From positions 6,742,304 through 6,806,303 of the forward strand of contig NC_057756.1 of assembly GCF_004010195.1 (NCBI RefSeq): a stretch of 64,000 nucleotides of DNA, given 5' to 3'. Below are positions 24,172-35,963 of this stretch, one piece after another (positions within the stretch are counted from its first letter, which is position 1; each line of letters opens with the position of its first letter). Origin of the DNA: Chiloscyllium plagiosum. Lineage: Eukaryota. The translations under genes and the position numbers were made by a program. The notes beneath the pieces were generated by a model. The model ran no database searches. It worked only from the letters and a program-made list of their open reading frames with translations, and was not told where the DNA came from.

Positions 24172-26181
24172 TTATTCTAATTCGATGGCAGCAAAAGATT
24201 GCCGTACTTCCTCTTCATCCGAAGGTGAACCAAGGGCAGGCAACAGTGTTTCCTCATCTTCATCTAAGTGGAGAAGAAGCATTTTCTGGGTGGAACCAAT
24301 ACTGTCAATAGAAGTAAATATTTTAGCAATAATACTTAACTATAGCAATACCAACGAAGAGACCAATTAAAACAATAGCACCATACATCGCCATATTAAT
24401 TAGCCAGTTGTACCATGAGCCAAAACCTCAATCTCCCCATCCTGCACCTTCATTCATTTGGTTGACAAAAGTGCGAGCATTATCAATATGTTCAGTGATG
24501 CTTTCGATAAGATCAGTGACACCCCCCCCCTCCCCCCATAATACATTTTTCTTTAACTATAGAGCAACTCCATCTTCCTTCGCAAGTATGTAATCCGTTT
24601 TGTCGGGCAAATAGGCACAATTTTGAAAGCATGTCTCTAATTTCTATTTAGTCAGCACTCATCTCATTTCCCAAAATTGTGAGTCCGCAAATGAAATAAT
24701 TACGATTTTGATGACTAATAATTCCTGAAGACCCTCCTAATGAAAGAACGCTAAGAGCTGCATATGCCAATGAGTGAGTTTTGTTTCTTGATATAGCCTT
24801 TGGATTCTTCCATTCTGCACAGAAGGCAGGAGAAACTGAACATTTAAAAGGGGAATTATGATTTCGTTGCCAGGTAATTGGACAGGGAACAGGAGTTGGA
24901 AAGAGTGTTCCGACAGCCACGGCATGAGGAGTACTTGCTTCATTTAGGACAAGGTAGTTAGATGCTTTATTATAATTGAAAAAAAAAATCCTGGTTTAGT
25001 ACAGATAATAGTGGGACCTTCCCAGTAAGAAGCGGGCCTATCTTTGTGAATTCCTGGGGTATGTGGATAATCCATAATTATATAATTTGGGCCTGGGTGC
25101 TGAGGGTGAAAACCATCTAATCGAATAAGGTGAGTTTCCTGATAAGAAACATGGTCGACATCCCAAAATGGTTCTACCCATCCAACAATTGGGAAAATAT
25201 TAGTGCCGTTCGGGGTATCATAATAAAGGTGGGTGTTATTACCCTCTTCACGTAGAGTTTGAATTCCACTCGTAATAGGGACACATTTTTCGTTAAGGCA
25301 TACACGTGAGATGCAAGGTCCTTCAGAAAAGCAGTGGTGACTAATACATTTAATCTTAGCACAGGGAAAAAAAAATTCAGGCACTCTTACATAAGCGCAC
25401 CCTCATTCCTTACCCTTGCAGCAATTTGGACAGGATATTGCAGATTTATTGCAGGAAGTCCATAATCAAGTAGCAGGTGGGGATAGGTAATAACTAAAAA
25501 GATATTACGTGCTGTAAATACCTTTTCCATACTATTCCATACCCCCATGAGAGGGTTTGGAAGGATAAAAGGGGTCAGGGACTCTTGCTGAAATAAGGGC
25601 ATAACAAATTAATTTATCCACTCCAAAAATTTTATTATGGGTTTCAAGAAATATCCCCCCTTTGTCTCTTTTACTACGTGATCTATCTGAAAGGGGACAA
25701 GGCTTACCAGGAATGCCCATAGTACAAATGTAATCAAACTGGCACACAACACCTTTACAGGGTCAAGACCATTTAGACTTGTTCTGTAAATGAACTGTTA
25801 ATCTTTTTGATGCAGTTGACCACCGCAAAAGTCATTCTTGGCAACATTCAGTCTTTCGGCACACAAGGACATCTTCCTGGCATAGTTGGTACACAGTCTC
25901 TGTTTGCGCAGGTAAACTGTCCCTTCTTGTGCACAATGCTGGCAATGACAAGTCCACACAGCAGGTCAAGTCGATCTTTATCATCTCCCCCCTTGCAAGG
26001 TTGGAGATCGCGAAGTGTTCATTGTAAGAAAGTATAAACCATTTCTTCCTTGTATATAAGTATATACAATATGCATATAATTGATTAAAATAGGTAGCAG
26101 CAAAAAAAAACACCAACTAATCTAGTAGGGGTCACCCATCTTCTGGCTTGAGAATCACGGGAGTACCTAACTTGAGGCCAT
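24172..26181 (-). pseudogene. env: Retroviral env (SU-TM), frameshifted
   Basis: ISD-like RQN/DYILAKEDGV/SIVKEKCI (~24542-24605); Trp-rich GWGD*GFGSWYNW then TM LINMAMYGAIVLIGLFVGIAIV (~24340-24420); acidic tail ending TAA at 24172; decayed SU/TM site PFKC|SVS; possible splice acceptor ttgctcttag at ~26200. Confidence 0.85.
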
Positions 26182-28267
26182 AATTTGTGCTCTTCAGCCC
26201 TAAGAGCAATTTTGAAATAAATAATTCTCAAATTAATCAAACTCAAATAGCCACTGGAGTAAATATATTGCCCATACTGGCAAAAAGCTCGTTCATTTTA
26301 AACTATGCACTAGAGATTCCCTTCCTACCCATTGTTTTCTTATTTTATATGGAAAAGCCCAGGCATGGGTGAATTAGGCAAACCTATTTTTATAAATCCA
26401 GCTTTGCTGGGATGTATTACTCTTTGAAATTTTCCTACTAAAAACATCAATATTGTCTAAAATTTAGATTAGTTCTGCAATATATTGTATTCTCTCTTTT
26501 TAAAAAATAAATCATTAACCTTGTGCCCAATTAAATGGCCTGATCTACAGCTTTAGTTAACAGTAATTAGAATTAAATGTAGAAATCTGATGATGATTTT
26601 GAGCAGAAAAGTTGGTCGGAGGACAATGCTGTCCCCAAATTATGGTAACATGACACAAAGCTTTCAAACCACACTGAATTTTTTTGAATATTGAGCCTAC
26701 CATAGAAGATGGATATTGGTACAGTCTTAAAATTATAAATCATCACTGTTCAATATTAAATACTTAAGTGAAGATAATAGCTCAGCCAGACACTCCTTCT
26801 TAGATCTAACAGCCCAATCCAAAAATAAATCAAATCAACCATTCTTATAATGTCCATATACAAAGCAAAGATATTTAGGGTGAGGTCGATGTATGAAATC
26901 AACAACTTGATAATTCAGTCAGTAGTATATTGTAGTATAAAGTACCTGTAATTATTTCAGAAACGGACATTTGCAAATTACTTCCAAATTTCAAAACAAT
27001 ATTGAAAACAATCCAAACATAAACCCATATGATTGCAACCAGTATGCAATAGAGAAATCAACCTCTACATTGTGAATTGGCACTGAACAGACAGTATCAT
27101 TCCCCCGTGATGTTTGAACCCTACCCAAGTCTGGCATACCCATCCTTATACTGTGTTTAACTGGGTTTTGCTGGGGACCCAATGGGATCAGAAGTTTGGG
27201 GTGTAAGGCTGCCTGCTTGCCTATTACATTAGAAACAGTATCAGTTTCATCCGCATGAGCTAAACATCTAGATAATCTTCAAATTGATTGAACAAAATAG
27301 CATTACTATAACACTGCCCCCTTGGGGGTTAAAAATCTCCAGTGTTCCCACATGGCTCCAAAATTGTGGATCATATTAAAAGCACAATGAAGAGTCAGTG
27401 TATATTAGTAGATTTTCCTTTTGATAGGATGAAAGCATGTTGATTTCCAACGTCAGCTCCGAGGTATCATTAAAGACATTACTCCCCATTGGCCACATTT
27501 CAACAGTTAAAGCAAGGGTCAGGCATTTGTCCCTGGGGTTTTTGATGTCTTGTTGCCAGTCTCAAAAGTGAAATGCTGGGGTCTACCTGTCCCCATTTTC
27601 AGGATCCCCCCTCAAGAGGAGGTTGTCCTGCAGTGGCGTTGGGAAGGTACATGAGGTAGGTTCCACTCCCAGTGGATATCCTGGTTCCAATCAACCCTAT
27701 CAGGGCTGGCATACGGCATTTGGGATCGCGAGGATGCTGAATATAATTTGTTTTACCTGTAACTTGCATCATAGTTCAGTCTGGTTCTGGCCATCCCAAT
27801 AGAAAACCACCGCTCACCTCATTTGAGACTGGAACTTCCTGGACTGGTTTGTACTTTTGGTCTGGATCATGTCAGTGACTCCAGGTAGAAAACATTGCAA
27901 AAGCATTGGGTTAAACAAAGGTAATTGAGCTTCTTGATTATAATTCAATTGTTTGTCACTTCCATCTGACAGATAGGCACATCTTTCAGTCTTGTAACAC
28001 TTGTATTCAGGCTACTCCTAGAATTTTACTGCATTTACATTCGTATCACACTTAAGAAATATCGAGCAAATTTGGCCGGTTTGTACTTGCAGTTAGAGGC
28101 ATGCTTCATTAACATCACTCTAGTCCCCAGGATGGAACCCGGTTTAGGATGGCGTAAGTCACTCATCCCCATGATACCGACTAAGAAGACTGGATAGTTC
28201 ATTTTCAAAAGAAGGAAAAGTTTCAACAAGTGGATGGTTTAAACTAAGGCTGGGGACAAGCAGGAGA

Positions 28268-28555
28268 TGATTAGATTCCCTACAGTGTGGAAACAGACCC
28301 AACAAGTCCACACCAATCCTATGAAGAATAACCCACCTAGACCCATTTCCTTCTGACTAATGCACCTAACATTATGGGCAATTTAGCATGGCCAATTCAC
28401 CTGACCTGCACATCTTTGGAAGAAACCGGGGTACCCGGAAGAAACCCATCTAGACACAGGGAGAATGTGCAAACTCCACAGACAGTCATCCAAGGCTGGC
28501 ATTAAAGCCTGGACCCTGGCACTGTGAGGCAGCAATGCTAACCACTGAGCCACCG
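28268..28555 (-). mobile_element. HE1 SINE inserted in ERV pol
   Basis: Full HE1-like sequence from cggtggctcagtggttagc to gtttccacactgtagggaatctaatc on the minus strand. Confidence 0.9.
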
Positions 28556-28571
28556 GGCTTAGCAGGTATAG

Positions 28572-28667
28572 GATTCCTGAAGAAGGGCCTGTGTCCGAAA
28601 CGTCGAATCTCCTGTTCCCTGGATGCTGCCTGACCTGCTGTGCTGTTCCAGCAATAAAGTTTCAACA
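28572..28667 (+). mobile_element. Short PLE terminal fragment with well-formed hammerhead
   Basis: Stem I gattc (28572-28576)/gaatc (28605-28609), CTGAAGA, stem II gggc/gtcc, GAAACGTC. Confidence 0.75.
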
Positions 28668-30450
28668 TACAGGAACAAAATCCCAATTCTCAAAAAGGGT
28701 CGGTATGGCAGACATAGATTCTACTCGGAATCCCGAGCCTAAGTTTTTTTTAAATTTTACAGTATTGTTGCTTTAACCATGTTTATATATTCCTCAATCT
28801 TAGTGGCCTTACATTGTTTTCTCATGTCATTTCTATTTTTTTATATACACCCATTCACAGTCACTTTCCCAGCTTTTGGGAGCTTCATCTGTCATGTATA
28901 TCTATCCCTATCCCCCAGTCATATGCAGAATTTCTTCAACAGGCCAGTAATGTAGCTTTCCATTCTTTAGTTAACCATGAATTAATGCAGTCATGTTTTA
29001 AATTAACCATGAATCAAAATGACAGGTCACTGACAATGTGTGAAGGAATCCTGCCAATTAATTTCGATTCGGGCTAATACAATTGATTTATTATAAATAT
29101 TAATAATATAAATAATAATATGTAATAAATAATATTTATAATAATAAATAAAATAATCATTATCTGCAATTCAGGGTGGAAACCCAACAAGTGACTAAAA
29201 CATTTAAAAACTATACTCTGCTGCTTTATCCTTCTTATTGCATCATTCTCTTCCCTTCTGTAGTTGATTTCCTTGCCTCTACTTTCATGTTATCCTCATT
29301 TAACCAATTTATCAATTTATGCCTGTCTAACTTTAAAGCCTGTTCCTAACTATACATTTTGGAATCTTGATTGTCCTAATCTGAAAGCTAGTTTTGGGAT
29401 TTGAATTTTCAGCTAATCAAAAATTGCAAGAGGAGAATAACTAAATAGGTGATTTGTCTCATTCACTAGTCCTGGTCACTGTATCACACGGCTGTGACAT
29501 TATGGAGCTTGCCAACTCCATGGCAATGGGGCAGTGATGCTACAAAAGAAAGTGATTGATATACCACCCTATTCCTCAATATGCTTGGCTGTCCCTATTT
29601 TCCAAAGGTTGGAATGCTGGGTGACAGCGATGCCTGTTTAAGTCGGGACACCTAATGACACGGATATAATTCAGTTTGAATTTTGGAGAGAGCACTGAGT
29701 GGAGTAGTACCAAGCATGCTTTATACATTACTGATGGGGATCCAGCTGAAGAAGATTATGGAAAAATAAGGTTTCAATTATTTTTTGTGGACATTGGAGG
29801 ATCAACAAAGCTTAGTTCTCTCATTATCTTGTTTTGAGATCAGATCTCCTCTGTGGTAATATATCAATGGTCATTATTTTTACAATATATATCTGAGTAG
29901 CATACAACATTTTATTTTCTTACATAATTTTATAAATATATATTTATATATAAATTGGAAATTCATTTATTCAATATTTAATATTTAAAATGTAAAATGC
30001 ATACAGTGCCCAACTTTGAAATCCACTATAATGACCCAGTTTTAGTCCCTTAATTTAAATCCAAAATTAGGTTTCTTAAGTAGTCCTGACCAGTCATTGC
30101 TCAATTACAATGCTATAGGTCGTGAAATAACCGGAACTGCCTGAAAAGGATTTGCCTATTCAAGTTAAAAAAAACTTCTAATGCATGAATAATGGCTGAA
30201 TCCAAGGACACAGATATTAACCATAGGATTTTTTTTGATTATTTATTACAATCTATTGGTGAACTGAAACTTCAACTGTCATTGAGGGAGGGGACTTTCT
30301 GAATAAGGCTTCGGCTAGTACATCATAATCACCAATGAAACAATCAGTCCTAAAACGAGTCTGAAACACAAAAAAGGTTATAATGTTGTCTTCCTCCGTA
30401 TTAAACTGATTTGAAATCAAATAAAGTTGGCTTTCATATAAGGATAAAAG

Positions 30451-30543
30451 TTCCTCACCGCACTATTTACCTGGGTGGCAACTTTCAGAGATCTGTGTAC
30501 ATGGACACCAAGATCCCTCTGCTCATCCACTTTCTACATAAGA
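30451..30543 (-). mobile_element. 93-bp internal CR1 ORF2 fragment flanked by a 32-bp direct duplication
   Basis: Minus strand reads VDEQRDLGVHVHRSLKVATQVNSAVR; flanks aaataaagttggctttcatataaggataaaag at 30419-30450 and 30544-30575. Confidence 0.85.
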
Positions 30544-31671
30544 AAATAAAGTTGGCTTTCATATAAGGATAAAAGAGATTAGTAAGGCAAAGCAATCATG
30601 ACCTGTAAAAAGAACAGGAGTTAATATTTCATTTCATAATCACTGAAGAATCTGCAACCTTAAAAGAAATCATGTTAAATTTCCAAAATACAAATCAGAT
30701 TCAAAACGGTCCTAGATCGCAAGCTCCAGGGAACAAAGCACAAACATTTGATCAACAACAAACAAATGTGTTCCAAACCGAATCACAAAGTGTTAAATTT
30801 TCTACTAGCTGTTCACCTCTTTCTCTCTCTCTGTCTGTCTCTCTCACATACACACACCATGTCTCAGTTTTTAGCTTGGGAGTTTAGTCTGTTAAATCCT
30901 GGCTGTGGCACATCGTTGCTTAACCAAGTGTGCAAGAACTATTACCGCTGGCTAGCCTTATCTTTTAACACATCAGGAACGAACAACAGCCACTCTGCAT
31001 ATTGCATAAACAAAGAACAATCACCAAAAAACGAACAAAGTAGCAAAAAGCAACAAAGCAAGACAAGCCAAGCTGAACAATACAACAGGTACAACAAACA
31101 ACAAAACTAATGAGTGACCAACCATTGAACTTTGACTGGGGAAAGGGAATTATTTTGTGAAAAACTGGCGATTTGTCCTCTGCCTCTTGCTTGTGGTAGA
31201 GGACGACTGTAATCAGGAGGTTTACCCCAAGTGTCATCGGAGCTTTGAGGGTTAATTCTCATGAAAATGTCATTGGTTCCCTCATGAGGCCTTTCTAAGG
31301 CAATGAAAGGTCCAAAGGAGAGGACTGCCTCAAGTTTAGCAGGTTGGAGTCCGGCAGTCACGAGCCCAGTGATATAGGCTGTTACGATTAAAGTAGGCCG
31401 GGGTAGGGGGAGTCCCTCTGCCATACCTATGATTGCAGCCTTGAATGAGTGCAGATCCACTACTATGACGCCTGAGTAGTTGTTGAGGTGCCTCCTCTTG
31501 AACTATAAATTCTGATTTTACACAGGTTGGAGGTCGGTCTTCAACCTCTGCTGATTCCACAAGGCCGTAATACAACGATGGAGTTGATTAGGGGTGGCTC
31601 CAATCCAGTCTAGATTGTTTGTTTTGACTGTTGTGACTACAGAAGGCGGCAGGCCGTTTAATAGCATAGAT

Positions 31672-31988
31672 GGGCGGCGCGGTGGCATAGTGGTTAGCAC
31701 AGCGCCAGAGACCTGGGTTCAATTCCCACCTCAGGCAACTGTCTGTGTGGAGTTTGCACATTCTCCCCGTGTCTGTGTGGGTTTCCTCCGGGTGCTCAGG
31801 TTTCCTCCCACAGTCCAAAAATGTGCAGATTAGGTGAATTGGCCGTGCTAAATTGCCCGTAGAGTTAGGTGAAGGGGTAAATGGAGGGGAATGGGTCTGG
31901 GTGGGTTGCTCTTCGGAGGGTCGGTGTGGACTTGTTGGGCTGAAGGGACTGTTTCCACACTGTAAGTAATCTAATCTAATCTAATCTG
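31672..31988 (+). mobile_element. HE1 SINE inserted in gag
   Basis: gggcggcgcggtggcatagtggttagc...(ctaat)n tail; ttaatagcat present on both sides. Confidence 0.92.
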
Positions 31989-32350
31989 AGCATTAATAGC
32001 ATTTAAATTCCAAGCCCAGTCGCCGGAATAGGACTCATAACATTCTCTAAAATGTTCCAAAAAATCCTCAGCAGATCCTTATTTTTGGGGCAAAGTTCAA
32101 AGATACAAGCAAAGTCAATAGGTTTTGCCAGTATAACAGATGCAGCAGTGAGAATATTATCTTGTCGCTGTTCTTCCTGGACTACAGCATTAGCGAAAGC
32201 AGTAAAGTTATTGAGAATTAAGTGAAACATCTGTACATTCCAAAGACTGATCAACCTGTAAGGAAGAATTTGAAATTGGAGTTGCCAAAAAAAAAGAACA
32301 CTACTCATCTAAATCCGAATTATCATTGTCTTCCTCGTTAAAACTAAAGC

Positions 32351-32540
32351 TGAAACTTTATTGCTGGAACAGCACAGCAGGTCAGGCAGCATCTAGGGAA
32401 CAGAAGATTCGACGTTTCGGGCACATGCCCTTCTTCAGGAAACGTCGAATCTTCTGTTCCCTAGATGCTGCCTGACCTGCTGTGCTGTTCCAGCAATAAA
32501 GTTTCAGCTTTGATCTCCAGCGTCTGCAGACCTCACTTTC
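32351..32540. mobile_element. Fold-back PLE-terminus insertion in gag
   Basis: 73-bp perfect inverted arms (32346-32418, 32439-32511); 19-bp TSD tcctcgttaaaactaaagc (32332-32350, 32541-32559); hammerhead core on the minus strand. Confidence 0.9.
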
Positions 32541-33768
32541 TCCTCGTTAAAACTAAAGCCAACCATCGAACTGTGCAGTTCTGTTTGTTTACCAGTCACT
32601 TGTGACTTTTCGTTTTCCTTCTGTTATCGTTTTGTTCGAGCACATTCACTTTTAAGAACTTCAACAGATTTCATCGCACCTTTTGCAGTTAATTCAATCC
32701 CCAATTTAGTGGCAGTATCCTACCACAAACGCAAAACTGATTCTTTGTGCCTCTCATCACAAAACTGTCGCCATCATCCGATTAACTCTTTCGTCCCCGC
32801 TCCCATGTTACATTGCCAAATCAATTGCTGAGCGGTTTAACAATTGAACAGCATTCGGGCCACCTAAGGGCCGTTCTTCATCACCCAAAGTTTTGTTTAG
32901 ACCTCCAGACAGTTTTCTAAAGGCCTCAGACGTTTCGGGAAAATTTTCACATAATTTCACCAACGTTGATGATGGATCATCTGTTCTGTCTAAGTAATTA
33001 CCCATTTTAAAATTACTTCAGTTTTATAGCAACTAATTTTTTAAAAAAAAATTATTACTCACTGATCAGACTTCCACAAACCCTAATTAATTTCACAAAC
33101 CTCTTTTTAAAAAAAACTTTTAATATAAAATACTGTGATATTTTTTCTTTAAAAAGATCAACGTAAGTATTGTTTTTAATTATTAATTTATTGTTATTAT
33201 TCATTAACTTATTAGTATGTATTATATTATGATATAAATAATAACCTATTATTTAAAACTGGGGGCCTCTTGCCTCCCTAGAAACTTCAAATATCAGGGG
33301 CCACCTGCCTCCCCGATAGCTTTTATAAATCCGAAGATTAACGAGGTTCGAGCGATCGGAGTTTTTTGAAAACACCGAAAACTAACAAATCTCGGGAGAT
33401 CAATTTTGTTTTACTTCAGAAATCAACGTTGCTCGGGAGATAGAAGATTTTTTGTTAAAAAACCCAGACATGAACAAAGCTTGGGAATTCAGATTTGAAC
33501 CCTCCCCTCAGAGTTCAGCAATTTTTCTGTAAGTACCAAAGCACCCCCAACTTCAATTAATCTCTCCCCCTTTTAGTGTAAATATTTGAAAAGTTCCCCC
33601 AGACCCAACCCTGGCTAAGAGCGATCCTTTCGGGGCGAGGGGTCCACTTGAGTGAGAGGAAAATCAAACGCTCTTAAAATACTCAGGTCTGGCCCGCGGA
33701 ATTCCTCAAACACTCAATAGTGAAGGACATTTAACTCTTTCACCGCTGTTCACAATCTGTCCGAGCCG

Positions 33769-33786
33769 AAACGTACCACGGCACCA
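33769..33786 (-). promoter_or_regulatory. Primer binding site, tRNA-His-like (partial match)
   Basis: TGGTGCCGTG begins 3 nt after the LTR's CA end; matches the first 10 nt of the His PBS (TGGTGCCGTGACTCGGAT) then diverges. Confidence 0.65.
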
Positions 33787-33789
33787 AAA

Positions 33790-34725
33790 TGAAGACCTGC
33801 GACCCCTCAAGAGGGGCCACTTGGTTCGAGGTTGGTCAAAAGAATCGACAAATGCGGTCCGTCCAAAAAGCAAGGGTCATTAGTTTATTGAATTAAGGTC
33901 CTTGACGCAATTCTATCCAGCAACACAGAGATTAAAGCTTCTGTGTTCCGCAATGAAGTTGCGCAATTCTTTTGAAAATTACACATTATTTATATGTTTT
34001 TTTTTTCAAGAAATAATACAGCCTTAATTACAAGAAAGAACAATCACGTTAGCACATTCTCCCCGTGTCTGCGTGAGTTTCCTCCCACAGTCTAAAGATG
34101 TGCAGGTCAGTTGAATTGGTCAGGCTAAATTGCCCGTAGTGTTAGGTGCAGGGGTAAGTGTAGACCATAAGACATAGGAGCGGAAGTAAGGCCATTCGGC
34201 CCATCGAGTCCACTCCACCATTCAAGGCAATGAATTCCACAGGCTCACCACTCTCTGGCTGAAGAAATGTCTCCGCATTTCTGTTCTGAATTTACCCCCT
34301 CTAATTCTAAGGCTGTGTCCACGGGTACTAGTCTCCTCGCCTAACGGAAACAATTTCCTAGCGACCACCCTTTCCAAGCCATGTATTATCTTGTAGGGGA
34401 ATGGGTCTGGGTGGATTGCTCTTCGGAGGGTCGGTGTGGGCTTGGTGTGCCGAAGGGACTGTTTCCACACTGTAGGGAATCTAATCTAATTCACATATAA
34501 GAAGGTGGCATGATTTACAGCAAGTTAATCCAATGATATTTCCTGGGAAAGAGTTCTTAATTACAAGAAAAGTCCAATCAACTGTAACATGGTGACATGA
34601 TTGAAGACAGGCTAATCCATTGGTATTCTTTGGAAAAGATATCACATTTACTCAAGGTTAGTTCAAATGGTAAATTACTGTGACAGTATTCATTACATGA
34701 AAACTCTATTATCCTCTTATCTGTG
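33790..34725 (-). repeat. ERV 5' LTR, split by a SINE and truncated in U3
   Basis: 33790-34045 aligns to 23475-23712; 34495-34725 aligns to ~23715-23965; the outer ~160 bp is missing. Confidence 0.85.
34048..34490 (+). mobile_element. HE1 SINE (5' truncated) containing a minus-strand CR1 3' fragment at ~34165-34392
   Basis: HE1 body stops at ggtaagtgtag and resumes at gtaggggaatggg; the insert encodes TRGHSLRIRGGKFRTEMRRHFFSQRVV. Confidence 0.85.
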
Positions 34726-34749
34726 AATCCCCCATGAGATTCCCAGCAT

Positions 34750-35139
34750 TTGAGGAAAGACATTCTGGCTATTGAGGGAGTGCAGCGTAGGTTCACGAGG
34801 TCAATTCCTGGAGTGGCGGGATTACCTTACACTGAAAGACTGAAGCGACTGGGCTTGTATACCCTTGAGTTTAGAAGACTGAGAGGGGATCTGATTGAGA
34901 TGTATAAGATTATGAAAGGATTGGACATTCTGGCAGCAGGAAACATGTTTCCGCTGATGGGTGAGTGCCGAACCAGAGGACACAGCTTAAAAAAAACGGG
35001 GTAGACCTTTAGGACAGAGATGAGGAGAAACCTCTTCACCCAGAGAGTGATGGCTGTGTGGAATGCTCTGCCCCAGAGGGCAGTAGAGGCCCAGTCTCTG
35101 GATTCATTTAAGAAAAAGTTGGATAGAGCTCTCAAGGAT
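34750..35139 (+). mobile_element. CR1 3' ORF2 fragment present only in duplication unit 1
   Basis: RKDILAIEGVQRRFTRSIPG...RGDLIEMYKI; absent at the equivalent site (~36950) in unit 2. Confidence 0.85.
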
Positions 35140-35963
35140 NNNNNNNNNNNNNNNNNNNNNNNNNNNNNNNNNNNNNNNNNNNNNNNNNNNNNNNNNNNNN
35201 NNNNNNNNNNNNNNNNNNNNNNNNNNNNNNNNNNNNNNNNNNNNNNNNNNNNNNNNNNNNNNNNNNNNNNNNNNNNNNNNNNNNNNGGTCAGGGGAAGCA
35301 AAAGAATCGGCACACAAGAAGCTCCCAGCTCAGTCCAGCACACTGACTTGGAACCATATCACCATTCATACAGTCAGAGAGTTGGACAGCACGGAAACAG
35401 ATCCTTTGGTGCAACTCTTGCATACTGACCAGATATCGTCATTTAATCTAATCTCATTTGCCAGCATTTGGCTCATATCCCACGTTTACGGCTGTACTCG
35501 TGTTTTGAAGGAGACAGGGTGAGGTGTGTCACAAAGGTGGTCTGTAAAAATGGTAATATGGAACACTGCTGCCTCACAGCGCCACGGACTCGGGTTCGAT
35601 TTCCACCTCAGGCGACTGTCTGCGTGGAGTTTGTTCATTCTCCCGTGTCTGCGTGGGTTTCCTCTGGGTGCTCCGGTTTCCTCCCACAATCCAAAGATGT
35701 GCAGGTTAGGGTGGATTGGCCATGCTCAATTGTCTGAGCTGAAAATGTGTTGCTGGAAAAGCGCAGCAGGTCAGGCAGCATCCAAGGAGCAGGGGAATCG
35801 ATGTTTCGGGTATGAGCCTTTCTCTCACAGACAAGACCTCCCTCCAGATCCTCCGCTCCACGCTTGCAGCCATGCGCTGCTACCTACATTCCCTGCAATT
35901 AGCCCTACCCCAGCTCAGGACAACACTGTCACAGACACTTCAGCATCTACAGTCCTCACTTTC

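Larger units (their letters stand above)
26850..29350 (-). pseudogene. pol: Retroviral pol remnants (RNase H clear; RT thumb and integrase start weak)
   Basis: IYTDS/AFNMIHNFGAMWEHWRFLTPKG then RCLAHADETDTVS...KQAAL at ~27200-27420; weak LVGF.P*IAD ~29165-29195; weak QVVDFIHRPHPKYL ~26870-26912; no protease DTG or YxDD found. Confidence 0.65.
31330..33005 (-). pseudogene. gag: Retroviral gag, disrupted
   Basis: Starts MGNYLDRTDD (Met-Gly) ~780 nt after the PBS; capsid-CTD-like LLNGLPPSVVTTVKTNNLDW; decayed zinc knuckle YFNRNSLYHWARDC (31354-31395; TAC and CGT are one substitution from Cys); 3' end approximate. Confidence 0.75.
23475..34725 (-). mobile_element. Endogenous retrovirus (gamma/epsilon-like, class I), defective
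   Basis: Two related LTRs, PBS, PPT, and gag, pol (RNase H) and env (ISD, TM) remnants in the correct order on the minus strand. Confidence 0.9.

Noticed and set aside
24172..26181. Domesticated syncytin-like env gene
   Set aside because: Multiple frameshifts and stops, a deletion in the ISD and a mutated SU/TM cleavage site in this copy
30965..31237. Hydrophobic Cys-rich ORF as an ERV accessory or membrane protein
   Set aside because: Explained by a TTG/TTTG-rich tract; non-ATG start and no recognisable motif; cannot be fully excluded without other copies
31672..31745. tRNA gene-like A/B boxes (also at 12830-12898 and 28490-28555)
   Set aside because: They are the tRNA-derived heads of HE1 SINEs, followed by SINE body and tail
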